A stretch of DNA of 51,553 nt from Gemmatimonadota bacterium. GTDB lineage: Bacteria > Gemmatimonadota > Gemmatimonadetes > Gemmatimonadales > GWC2-71-9. Made by a program: the position numbers and the translations under genes. Below are positions 1 to 8,412 of the stretch, piece by piece; the stretch's first letter is position 1; each line of letters opens with the position of its first letter. Where the stretch lies: NCBI GenBank assembly GCA_046728135.1, contig JBKPDZ010000132.1:1-51553 (forward strand), read 5' to 3'. The notes beneath the pieces were generated by a model. That model worked only from the letters and a program-made list of their open reading frames with translations. It was not told the DNA's origin and ran no database searches.

Positions 1-2
1 CG

Positions 3-419
3 CTGCAGCTCTCTTACACGCGTCTCATCGCGCCGTCGAACGGCGTCGTGTCGAAGAAGACCGTCGAGATCGGCCAGCTCGTGCAGCCGGGTCAACCGCT
101 GATGAGCGTGGTGCCGCTCGAAGATGTCTGGGTGACAGCGAACCTGAAGGAGACGGAGACGGCTGGGGTCACAGCGGGAGATTCGGCGGATATCACGGTC
201 GACGCGTACAAAGGGCAGCATTTCTGCGGCCATGTCGAGAGTCTTTCACCAGCGACTGGCGCGAAGTTCTCGCTGCTGCCGCCTGACAATGCGACGGGGA
301 ATTTCACGAAGGTCGTGCAACGCATCCCGGTACGGGTTCGCCTGGATTGCACGACGGTGGACGCAGCCCATCCGCTGCGGCCGGGCATGAGCGTCGTCGC
401 GACCATCAAGACACACTAA
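3..419 (+). CDS. HlyD/EmrA-family membrane fusion protein, 5'-truncated by window edge
   Basis: Frame open from base 3 (LQLSYTRLIAPSNGVVSKK). Carries the EmrA-type motif FSLLPPDNATGNFTKVVQRIPV and precedes an EmrB-like gene. Confidence 0.93.
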   Translation: MQLSYTRLIAPSNGVVSKKTVEIGQLVQPGQPLMSVVPLEDVWVTANLKETETAGVTAGDSADITVDAYKGQHFCGHVESLSPATGAKFSLLPPDNATGNFTKVVQRIPVRVRLDCTTVDAAHPLRPGMSVVATIKTH

Positions 420-423
420 CCCG

Positions 424-1998
424 ATGACTGCTGCCGCGTTGCCGCTGTCCACCGCGCCGGATCGCTATCGCTTCAAGTACATCATCGCGATCACGGTGTC
501 GCTCGCGTCGGTGCTGGAGCTGCTCGACACCAGCATCGTCAACGTGGCGATTCCGCATATGATGGGAAACCTGGGCGCGACCCTCGACCAGATCGCCTGG
601 GTCTCGACCGGCTACATCGTCGCGAACGTCATCGTGCTGCCGATTACGGGATGGCTGTCCGCCTATTTTGGCCGGCGGCGCTATTTCGCCGGTTCGATCG
701 CGCTCTTCACGCTCGCGTCGTTCCTGTGTGGAAACGCGCACTCGCTCGAGGCCCTGGTGTTCTGGCGCATCGTGCAGGGGCTGGGCGGCGGCGCGCTGCT
801 TTCCACATCGCAGGCGATCCTGTACGAGGAGTTCCCGCGCGAGGAGTACGGCACGGCGATGGCGATTTTCGGCGTCGGCGTCATGGTGGGCCCGACGCTT
901 GGCCCCACGGTCGGCGGGTGGATCACAGATACGTACGGCTGGCCATGGATCTTCTACATCAACATCCCCTTCGGGATGCTTGCCCTGGCGCTGACGCTGT
1001 CGTTCATCAACGACTCGCTGCATCAGCAGCGTGCCGAGCGAATCGACTTCGTGGGACTCGGGTTGCTGGCGGTGGGGATCGGCGCCTTGCAGACCATGCT
1101 CGAGCGCGGGGAGCGGCTCGATTGGTGGTCTTCGGGGCAGGTCCGGCTGCTCGCGATCACCAGCGCAGTTTCGCTGATCACCTTCATCTGGCACGAGCTG
1201 CGCACCGAGCATCCGGTGGTTGATTTGCGGATTCTCAAGAGCCGCCAGCTCGCCGTGGGCGTGGTTTTTGGACTTGTACTTGGCGTCTGTCTCTATGCCA
1301 CGGTGTTTGTGTTGCCGGTCTATCTCCAGAACATTCGCAACTTCACGGCGAATCAAACCGGTTTGGTGATCCTGCCGGGCGCGCTCGCGAGCGCATTTAC
1401 GATGGCGGTGATGGGCCGAACGACCGGGAAATTTGACGCACGATTGTCGATCACCGCGGGAGTCGGGATTTTCGCGCTCGCGATGTGGAAGCACGCGCAC
1501 TTCACCACCGAAAGCGGCATGTCCGACTTCTTCTGGCCGCTCATTTTCCGCGGCGTGGGACTCGGCCTGATCTTTGTCCCGCTGACAAATCTAGCGCTCG
1601 CCGATCTGCCGATGTCGAAGATCCCGAACGGCACCGGGCTCTTCAATCTGATGCGGCAGCTCGGGGGCAGCGTTGGTATCGCGCTCTCGGCGACGCTGCT
1701 ACAGCGGTTCACCGCCATGCACCGGGCCGATCTCGCGGCCAACGTGACGCCGTACGCCGAAGCCACGCGCGAGCGACTTGGTGCCATTACGCAGGCATTG
1801 ATCGCACGCGGGGAAGTGCCGGCGCTCGCGCAAACCAAGGCGATTGGATTCCTCAACGGCATCGTGACCAGGCAGGCGATGATGCTGTCGTTCGAGCAGC
1901 TCTTCCTCCTGTTTGGGGCGGTGTTCGTCCTCTCCCTGGCGCTGTTGCCGCTCATGCACAAAAGCCGCGGCGTCGGCTCGGCCGGAGCAGCGCACTGA
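424..1998 (+). CDS. DHA2 (EmrB/QacA) family MFS efflux permease
   Basis: LDTSIVNVAIPHM motif, WPWIFYINIPFG and many hydrophobic helices. Confidence 0.95.
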   Translation: MTAAALPLSTAPDRYRFKYIIAITVSLASVLELLDTSIVNVAIPHMMGNLGATLDQIAWVSTGYIVANVIVLPITGWLSAYFGRRRYFAGSIALFTLASFLCGNAHSLEALVFWRIVQGLGGGALLSTSQAILYEEFPREEYGTAMAIFGVGVMVGPTLGPTVGGWITDTYGWPWIFYINIPFGMLALALTLSFINDSLHQQRAERIDFVGLGLLAVGIGALQTMLERGERLDWWSSGQVRLLAITSAVSLITFIWHELRTEHPVVDLRILKSRQLAVGVVFGLVLGVCLYATVFVLPVYLQNIRNFTANQTGLVILPGALASAFTMAVMGRTTGKFDARLSITAGVGIFALAMWKHAHFTTESGMSDFFWPLIFRGVGLGLIFVPLTNLALADLPMSKIPNGTGLFNLMRQLGGSVGIALSATLLQRFTAMHRADLAANVTPYAEATRERLGAITQALIARGEVPALAQTKAIGFLNGIVTRQAMMLSFEQLFLLFGAVFVLSLALLPLMHKSRGVGSAGAAH

Positions 1999-2009
1999 CC
2001 AGGACACAG

Positions 2010-3107
2010 ATGCTCGTGCGGTTGGGCATCGTGGGCGGCCTCTGGACGCTGCTGCACGTCTACGTTGGCGCTCACCTGCTCGGCCCCACGCCCCTCGCGG
2101 GACTGGCACGCATGCTGGCGTGGGCTGGTGTGATTCTCGTGGCCTGGCTGCCGCTCGTCGCGCTCGTCACGGCCCGGCGGGAGCGGGCGTCGGAGCGCGC
2201 TCCGGGATTCGCGATGCGCATGCTCGACTGGGTGGCGTATACGGCGATGGGTCTGTCCTCCCTCCTCATCGTGTCTTTTATCGTCATCGACCTGCTCCGG
2301 CTGCCCGATACGGTCGAGGTCGTCATGCTCGTTGTGAGCGGAGCGGCGTTGCTCACGCTCTGCGGCATCGTAGTCGCACGCCGGCCGCGTGTCGTTCGCG
2401 TGACCGTGCCGATCGCCGATCTGCCCAGCGACCTCGCCGGGTTTCGGATTCTGCAGCTCAGCGATCTGCACATTGGGCCCACGATCCGGCGCCGATTCGT
2501 CGATGCGGTTGTCGACCGCGCGAATGCGTTACGGCCTGATCTCGTGGCGGTGACCGGTGACGTCGCCGACGGGCTGGTCCCGGCGCTGCGCGAGCACGTG
2601 GCGCCACTCGGCCGGCTGCGGGCGCCGCACGGCGCGTACTTCGTCACGGGCAATCACGAGTACTATTGGGATGTCCGCGGGTGGATCGCGGAGCTCGAGC
2701 GACTGGGTATTGACGTGCTGTCGAACGAGCATCGCATCGTGCAGCGGGGCGCGGGGCGGCTGCTCGTTGCGGGCGTGACCGACCTTTCCGCTGCCTCCGA
2801 TCCGGCGGCGGCGGTCGCCGGTGCGCCGCCCAGCGACGTGCGCGTGTTGCTGGCGCACCAGCCGCGCAGTGCCTTCGCCGCACAGGCGGCCGGTTACGAC
2901 CTGCAGCTCTCCGGGCACACACACGGCGGGCAGTATTTCCCCTTCAATCTTCTGGTGCGGCTGTTTCAGCCGTTTGTGGCCGGGCTGCACCGCCTCGAGT
3001 CGATGTGGCTCTACGTGAGTCGCGGTACGGGTTACTGGGGGCCGCCGCTACGGCTCGGCGCGCCGGCGGAGATTACGCTGCTCGAGCTGCAGCCATCGCC
3101 GCGGTGA
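2010..3107 (+). CDS. Membrane-anchored calcineurin-like metallophosphoesterase (YkuE/YaeI type)
   Basis: ATG at 2010 after AGGA. N-terminal TM helices and motifs SDLH, TGD, GNHE, LAHQP, SGHTHGGQ. The ORF-track start at 1485 is an over-extension. Confidence 0.92.
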   Translation: MLVRLGIVGGLWTLLHVYVGAHLLGPTPLAGLARMLAWAGVILVAWLPLVALVTARRERASERAPGFAMRMLDWVAYTAMGLSSLLIVSFIVIDLLRLPDTVEVVMLVVSGAALLTLCGIVVARRPRVVRVTVPIADLPSDLAGFRILQLSDLHIGPTIRRRFVDAVVDRANALRPDLVAVTGDVADGLVPALREHVAPLGRLRAPHGAYFVTGNHEYYWDVRGWIAELERLGIDVLSNEHRIVQRGAGRLLVAGVTDLSAASDPAAAVAGAPPSDVRVLLAHQPRSAFAAQAAGYDLQLSGHTHGGQYFPFNLLVRLFQPFVAGLHRLESMWLYVSRGTGYWGPPLRLGAPAEITLLELQPSPR

Positions 3108-4332
3108 CGAGCAGGGCGCGCACGATGCCGAGCGCGCCTTTTTCATTCTCATACCATTCCGTCGGCAGGTGCGCATCGCCCGCCCGACCACCCGCTCCCA
3201 GCGCGACCGCGGGGACGCCGAGTGCGATGGGGCAATTGGCGTCGGTGGAGGCGCATGCGAGCTGGTGCTCGTGGCCGACGGCGCGGGTCGCCGCGACGGC
3301 GGCCTGCACGAGCGGGTGGCTCCGTGGCGTCAACCCTGAGGGCCGGTCCCCCACGCGCTGAACATCCATCCCCAGGGGCGTGGTACCGGGGAGGCGGTGC
3401 CGGTTTTCTGCATCGCGCGCCTGCGCCACGGCCGCTTGCACCGCCTCGTCGATGCGCTCGAGCGCGCGCGGGTCCTCGCTGCGGAGGTCGACCTCGAACC
3501 AGGCCGTCTGCGGGATCGAGTTGAGACTGGTCCCTCCCCCCAGGCGCACCACGGCGTGCGTCGTGCGTGGCGCGTCGTGCGTGGGCATGTTCGAGATCGC
3601 TGCGACGGCACGACCTACGGCATTGGCCGGGTTCGCGACGCCGAAGGCGGCCCAGGAATGCCCACCGGGTCCCGTGTAGGTGACACGATAGCGCCGGGCG
3701 CCGAGCGCGCGGTGCACGATCCGCTCGATCCCGGCGCCGTCGAGCGCGATGAATGCATAGGGGCGAATGGCCGCGTCGTGTGATCGTTTGCGTAGGGGCG
3801 CAGCATGCTGCGCGCCTACATCGCCACTGATCAGATATCGTACCCCACGCAAGTCTCCCGACCCCTCCTCCCCGACGGTTGCGGCAAAGAGAATTGGTCG
3901 CTCAGTGTGCACGCGGGCGCGCGTGAGCGCCTCGCCAATCGACACGAGCGCGGCGAGCCCACGCGCGTTGTCCGCGATCCCAGGCCCTTCCAGGCGTGGC
4001 CCGCGCCGCGCCACCGAGACGTCCAGCTCGGGGCCAAACACGGTGTCGAGGTGAGCGGAAAGGATCACGCACGCGTCGTGTAGGGGCGCAGCATGCTGCG
4101 CCCCTACGTTGATGTACCATCCCCGCACGTTCCCCACTTCATCCACATGCACGTCCTGCAATCCGATTTCGCCCAACATTTCCGCGACGCGTGCGCCGCG
4201 TGCCGCTTCCGCGCCGGTTGGGGCGGGAATCGCCGACAACGTCGCCTGGCGGGCAAGCGTCGCCTCGTCCGAGCGCTCGATGTGCGCGCGTGCGGCGCGG
4301 ATCCGGTCGTTCGCGAGAAGCGCGGCAATCAC
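3073..4332 (-). CDS. M20/M25/M40 family metallopeptidase/hydrolase carrying in-frame repeat insertions
   Basis: SAHLDTVF, GIADNARG, VGEEGSGDLRG, GGHSW, STDAN and AHLPTEW motifs. Confidence 0.92.
   Translation of the reverse strand: MIAALLANDRIRAARAHIERSDEATLARQATLSAIPAPTGAEAARGARVAEMLGEIGLQDVHVDEVGNVRGWYINVGAQHAAPLHDACVILSAHLDTVFGPELDVSVARRGPRLEGPGIADNARGLAALVSIGEALTRARVHTERPILFAATVGEEGSGDLRGVRYLISGDVGAQHAAPLRKRSHDAAIRPYAFIALDGAGIERIVHRALGARRYRVTYTGPGGHSWAAFGVANPANAVGRAVAAISNMPTHDAPRTTHAVVRLGGGTSLNSIPQTAWFEVDLRSEDPRALERIDEAVQAAVAQARDAENRHRLPGTTPLGMDVQRVGDRPSGLTPRSHPLVQAAVAATRAVGHEHQLACASTDANCPIALGVPAVALGAGGRAGDAHLPTEWYENEKGALGIVRALLVTAAMAAARAA
3552..3586. repeat. Five degenerate tandem heptamers (consensus CGTCGTG) inside the peptidase
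   Basis: CGGCGTG CGTCGTG CGTGGCG CGTCGTG CGTGGGC, encoding PTHDAPRTTHAV on the minus strand. Confidence 0.6.
3757..3772. repeat. Degenerate half REP-like unit
   Basis: ATAGGGGCGAATGGCC resembles the GTAGGGGCG start of the neighbouring palindromes and encodes AIRPY. Confidence 0.5.
3792..3819. repeat. 28-bp GTAG REP-like palindrome, copy 1, in frame in CDS
   Basis: GTAGGGGCGCAGCATGCTGCGCGCCTAC, one mismatch from a perfect palindrome. Encodes VGAQHAAPL. Confidence 0.9.
4080..4107. repeat. 28-bp GTAG REP-like palindrome, copy 2, in frame in CDS
   Basis: GTAGGGGCGCAGCATGCTGCGCCCCTAC, a perfect palindrome. Encodes VGAQHAAPL. Confidence 0.92.
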
Positions 4333-4338
4333 GCAGGC

Positions 4339-4344
4339 AAACTA
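4339..4344 (-). promoter_or_regulatory. Putative -10 element (TAGTTT) of a leaderless peptidase transcript
   Basis: TANNNT 6 nt upstream of the GTG start, with no Shine-Dalgarno. Confidence 0.45.
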
Positions 4345-4404
4345 TGATGACATCTGGCGTGGGTGCAACTTGACCTGGCTAGGAGGGGGGGCGACACTAG
4401 ACCC

Positions 4405-5634
4405 ATGGAGGAGCGGCAGCTCATCTATGACTGGAACAGCGCCGGCGGCGCTGACGGCCACTTCGATTGGACCCAAACCCACGTCGACCTGAACGACGAG
4501 ACGCTGCGCGACGGGCTGCAGTCGCCCTCGGTCACCGACCCCAGCCTCGACGTCAAAAAGCGGCTCCTCCACCTCATGGCCGACCTCGGTATTGTGGCGG
4601 CCGACATTGGGTTGCCGGGCGCCGGTCCGCGGGTCGTGGAACAGGTGCGCGCCTTGGCCAAGGAGATTCGCGATCACAGGCTCCCGATTGCCCCGAACTG
4701 CGCCGCCCGCACGGTTGTAGCCGACATCGAGCCGATCGTCCGCATCGCGGACGAGCTGGGCATCAAGATCGAAGCGGCCACCTTTATCGGCTCCTCACCG
4801 ATTCGCCAATACACGGAAGACTGGACACTCGACCGGATCGTCGCCGCCACTGAGGAGGCCGTGTCGTTTGCCGTGAAGCACGGCTTACCGGTCATGTACG
4901 TCACGGAAGACACGACACGCGCTCGCCCGGAGACTTTGAAGGCGCTCTACGGGGCCGCGATTGACTGCGGCGCTCGTCGAATCTGTCTTGCCGATACGGT
5001 CGGGCACGCGACACCGGACGGCGTAAAGGCGTTGGTCAGATTCGTCAAGCAGGAAATCGTCAAGCAGAACCCCGTAAAGATCGATTGGCATGGGCATCGC
5101 GATCGCGGGATGGGCCTGATCAACTGCCTCGCGGCGATCGAGGCGGGGGTCGACCGCGTGCACGCTACCGCGCTCGGCGTGGGCGAGCGCGTCGGGAACG
5201 CCGAAATGGATCTCCTCATCGTCAACCTGAAGCTGCTGGGCGCGCACCAGGGAGACATTCGCAAGCTGCCAGAGTACTGCCGTCTCGTCGCCGACGCAGT
5301 CGGCGTGCCGATTCCGGTGAACTATCCTGTGGTCGGTCACGACGCATTTCGCACCGGGACCGGCGTGCATGCCGCGGCGATCATCAAGGCGAAAAAGAAG
5401 GGCCACAACTGGCTCGCCGATCGGGTCTACAGCTCCGTCCCGGCCGAGGAGTTCGGTTTCGAGCAGCGCATCGAAATCTCCCCGGTGTCGGGGATCTCGA
5501 ACGTGAAGTACTGGCTCGAGCACCATGGCTATGATCCCAACGACGAAGCCGCGTGCCGCACGCTGTTCGACGCCGCCAAGCGCACCGACCGGGTGTTGTC
5601 CGACGAGGAATGTCACCGGTTGTTGAACGCATGA
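4405..5634 (+). CDS. LeuA/homocitrate synthase-like DRE-TIM metallolyase without C-terminal regulatory domain
   Basis: DETLRDGLQ, HGHRD, GERVGN and GVHAAAI motifs. ATG at 4405. Confidence 0.85.
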   Translation: MEERQLIYDWNSAGGADGHFDWTQTHVDLNDETLRDGLQSPSVTDPSLDVKKRLLHLMADLGIVAADIGLPGAGPRVVEQVRALAKEIRDHRLPIAPNCAARTVVADIEPIVRIADELGIKIEAATFIGSSPIRQYTEDWTLDRIVAATEEAVSFAVKHGLPVMYVTEDTTRARPETLKALYGAAIDCGARRICLADTVGHATPDGVKALVRFVKQEIVKQNPVKIDWHGHRDRGMGLINCLAAIEAGVDRVHATALGVGERVGNAEMDLLIVNLKLLGAHQGDIRKLPEYCRLVADAVGVPIPVNYPVVGHDAFRTGTGVHAAAIIKAKKKGHNWLADRVYSSVPAEEFGFEQRIEISPVSGISNVKYWLEHHGYDPNDEAACRTLFDAAKRTDRVLSDEECHRLLNA

Positions 5635-7238
5635 GTTTCTCGGACGTCGAGAAGTCGTTCTTCGATCTCTACTGGCACATGGATCCGGTCGCGGCGACGC
5701 AGGCCGGCGTACCGGGTCACGATGATCGGTACGGTCGCTTCAGCTCGGGCGCGCTCGCTCCGCACCTCGCCGCCCTCAAATCGATCGCGTCGGCGCTCGA
5801 GGAAGTGAACGCGGCCGACCTCGAAGAGGAGATCGACCGCACGGCGCTGCTCAACGAAATCCGCGTCACGCTGCGCCGTTACGAAAAGCTCAAGCCCCAG
5901 GCCAAGAACCCCGAGTTCTGGCTCTCGCATCTCCTCGGCGGGCTGCACCACCTGCTGCTCTCGGCCGACCGTACGCCCGCAGAGAAGGCGGCGGCGGCGA
6001 TCGGACGGCTGGAAGACATTCCCGGTTTTCTGGAGGATCTGAAGACCGCCCTCGAAGAGCCGGTGCGCGTTTTCGTCGAGACGGCCATGCGCATGACCGA
6101 AGGAGGTCGCCTGCTCATCACGGAGATGGCCGCCGCGCTCTGCGCGCAGGCGCCCATGCACGCCGTCCGGCTCGGCACGGCCGCCGCGCAGGCAAGCGAT
6201 GCACTCCTCAAATTCGATGCGAATCTCGAGCGCTGGCTCGAGATGGGGACGGAGGAATTCGCCATCGGCGAGGACGCGTTCAACTTCCTGCTCCACTACC
6301 AGCACGCCCTGCGCGACACGGCGCCGGAATTGTGGCGCTACGGTCTGCGACTCAAGGAAGAAATCGAGGCGGATCTCGTCCGCATTGCCACGCGGCTCGA
6401 TGGGAAACCTTGGCCCGAGCTGGTCGACAAGCTCCGCGCCGATCATCCGGCCCCCGACGAGCTGGTGGAGGCCTACGCAAAGGAGATGGCGCGGGCACGC
6501 GACTTCGTGGCGCAGCGCAAGCTCGCGCCCATCCCGAAGGCGCCGCTCGGCGTGATTCCCACGCCGGCGTTCATGCGGCCGGTCATTCCGTACGCCGCCT
6601 ACGACAGCCCGGGCGCCTACAGTCGCGACCGCACCGGCTGGTTCTACGTGACGGTGCCCGATGCCCGGTTGCCCGCGGCGCAGCAGGAGCGCATTCTGCG
6701 CGATCACTGTCGCTACGAGCTCGCCGCGACCGCGCTGCACGAGGGCTACCCCGGTCACCATCTGCAGCTCGTCATCGCGAAAGAGTCATCCTCACACGTG
6801 CGGAAGAACCTCTGGACGCCGCTGACCGTCGAGGGCTGGGCGCTCTACTGCGAAGACATGATGGGGGAGGAGGGCTTCTACGCGTCCGACCAGGAGCTGT
6901 TCTTCCAGCGCGTGCATCTGCTGTGGCGCGCGATGCGCATTCTGCTCGACGTCGGCCTGCACACCCGCGGCATGACGCGCGCGCAAGCGGTCGAGCAGAT
7001 GGTGAACGAGCTGCATGTCGAGCGCGGCAATGCCGAGGCCGAGGTGCGGCGCTATTGCGCCTGGCCGGCGTATCAGCTCTGCTACGCCGTCGGGCGGCGT
7101 GAGCTGCTCCGGCTGCGGGACGATTTTCGAAATGCCAAGGGCAGCCACTTTTCGCTCCGCGCCTTCCACGACGCCGTGCTGCCGTACGGCGGACTTCCCG
7201 TCACACTGATCCGCTGGGGACTCGGCTTGGGTGAGTAA
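5631..7238 (+). CDS. DUF885 family protein
   Basis: LHEGYPGHHLQ, EGWALYCE, LDVGLH, AEVRRY and FHDAVL motifs. ATGA overlap with the upstream gene. Confidence 0.9.
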   Translation: MSFSDVEKSFFDLYWHMDPVAATQAGVPGHDDRYGRFSSGALAPHLAALKSIASALEEVNAADLEEEIDRTALLNEIRVTLRRYEKLKPQAKNPEFWLSHLLGGLHHLLLSADRTPAEKAAAAIGRLEDIPGFLEDLKTALEEPVRVFVETAMRMTEGGRLLITEMAAALCAQAPMHAVRLGTAAAQASDALLKFDANLERWLEMGTEEFAIGEDAFNFLLHYQHALRDTAPELWRYGLRLKEEIEADLVRIATRLDGKPWPELVDKLRADHPAPDELVEAYAKEMARARDFVAQRKLAPIPKAPLGVIPTPAFMRPVIPYAAYDSPGAYSRDRTGWFYVTVPDARLPAAQQERILRDHCRYELAATALHEGYPGHHLQLVIAKESSSHVRKNLWTPLTVEGWALYCEDMMGEEGFYASDQELFFQRVHLLWRAMRILLDVGLHTRGMTRAQAVEQMVNELHVERGNAEAEVRRYCAWPAYQLCYAVGRRELLRLRDDFRNAKGSHFSLRAFHDAVLPYGGLPVTLIRWGLGLGE

Positions 7239-8412
7239 TCAGCTTCCCAGGCAGGTCAAGCTGTTCGGTGCAGTCTCCCTTCTCAACGATTTCGCGAGTG
7301 AGATGGTATACCCGCTGCTGCCGGCGTTCGTCATCGGCCTGCTCGGCGGCGGGGCGGCGGCCCTGGGCGCGCTGGATGGGGCTGCGGACGCGGCGGCGGC
7401 GTTCGTCAAGCTGATCGCGGGGCGACTCGCGGACCGTCCATCGCGCCGCGGACCGCTAATCGTTGGCGGGTACTTCGTGGCCGCAGCCGTACGACCCATC
7501 ATCGCGGTCACCGCGGCGGCTTGGCAGGTCATCGCGCTGCGCGTCGTCGACCGCCTAGGGAAGGGCCTGCGGACCCCGCCGCGGGATGCGCTGATCGGGG
7601 ACGTGACACCACCACCCCTGGTGGGGCGGGCGTTCGGATTGCAGCGGGGGCTGGATCACGTCGGCGCGGTAATTGGGCCGCTGGTCGCTTGGGTGGTCTT
7701 GAGTCGCGGTAGGGACGTGCGCACTGTGATCTTGGCGAGCATTGTCCCGGGCGTCCTGGTCACACTGCTGGCGATTTGGACGGTAAGGGACGGTAAGGGA
7801 CGGTATGGGACGGTAAGGGTAAGCGAACCCGTCCAACCCTTACCGTCACTTACCGTCTCTTACCGTCCCTTACCGTCCTCCCTTATCGGCATCGCGATCT
7901 TCTATCTCCTCCGCATGCCCGAGACGCTCATGATTTTCAGGGCCCAGACCTTAGGCATCGCCGTCGCCCTCATCCCCCTCCTCTGGGCGGCGTTGCACGT
8001 CGTCCGATCCTCGACCTCGTTCCTCGGCGGCGCGCTGTCGGATCGGATCGGTCCGGCGCGGACGATGTGGATCGGCTGGCTCAGCTACGTCGTGCTGGCG
8101 GCGGGGATGTGGCTAGCGGCGAGTCCGCTCGCGGCCTGGCTGCTGTTTCTGGCCCTCGGCGTAGTCGCCGGGCTTACGGAAAGTCCGGAGCGGGCGCTTG
8201 TTTCATCGGCGACGGGGGGTCATCGCGGGAGCGGGTTTGGCGTCTACCACGCGTTGACCGGGGGGGCGGCGTTGATCGGCGGGATCGCGCTCGGGGTCAT
8301 TTTTCAGTGCGTGAGTGGGGCGACCGCATTTCTCGTAAGTGCTGTTGGCGCTTTGAGTTTAGTCATCCTCTGGCCTTTCTGGACGCGCTTGCATAGGGTT
8401 CCCCCGCCATGA
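7231..8412 (+). CDS. MFS transporter with a hairpin-repeat insertion in the central loop
   Basis: NDFASEMVYPLLP and DRLGKGLRTPPRDALI motifs, with a 12-TM-like pattern. Confidence 0.9.
   Translation: MSNQLPRQVKLFGAVSLLNDFASEMVYPLLPAFVIGLLGGGAAALGALDGAADAAAAFVKLIAGRLADRPSRRGPLIVGGYFVAAAVRPIIAVTAAAWQVIALRVVDRLGKGLRTPPRDALIGDVTPPPLVGRAFGLQRGLDHVGAVIGPLVAWVVLSRGRDVRTVILASIVPGVLVTLLAIWTVRDGKGRYGTVRVSEPVQPLPSLTVSYRPLPSSLIGIAIFYLLRMPETLMIFRAQTLGIAVALIPLLWAALHVVRSSTSFLGGALSDRIGPARTMWIGWLSYVVLAAGMWLAASPLAAWLLFLALGVVAGLTESPERALVSSATGGHRGSGFGVYHALTGGAALIGGIALGVIFQCVSGATAFLVSAVGALSLVILWPFWTRLHRVPPP
7778..7878. repeat. Inverted array of tandem decamers, (GGACGGTAAG)x4 then (CTTACCGTCC)x4, in frame
   Basis: 43-bp arms at 7778-7820 and 7836-7878 with 3 mismatches and a 15-nt loop. 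Confidence 0.93.

Noticed and set aside
1485-2009. Extended N-termini from the ORF track (also at 5553, 18392, 19765, 39790, 40872, 42960, 15923, 34209, 34694, 38880)
   Set aside because: They overlap neighbouring genes extensively. Downstream starts have an RBS, stop-start overlaps or family-typical N-termini.
3073-3107. 35-nt convergent overlap of the phosphoesterase and peptidase 3' ends
   Set aside because: Common in compact high-GC genomes, with no further signal.
7778-7878. CRISPR array interpretation of the repeats
   Set aside because: Units are 7-10 bp and contiguous, with no spacers and no cas genes. The two 28-bp palindromes are 288 bp apart within a CDS.
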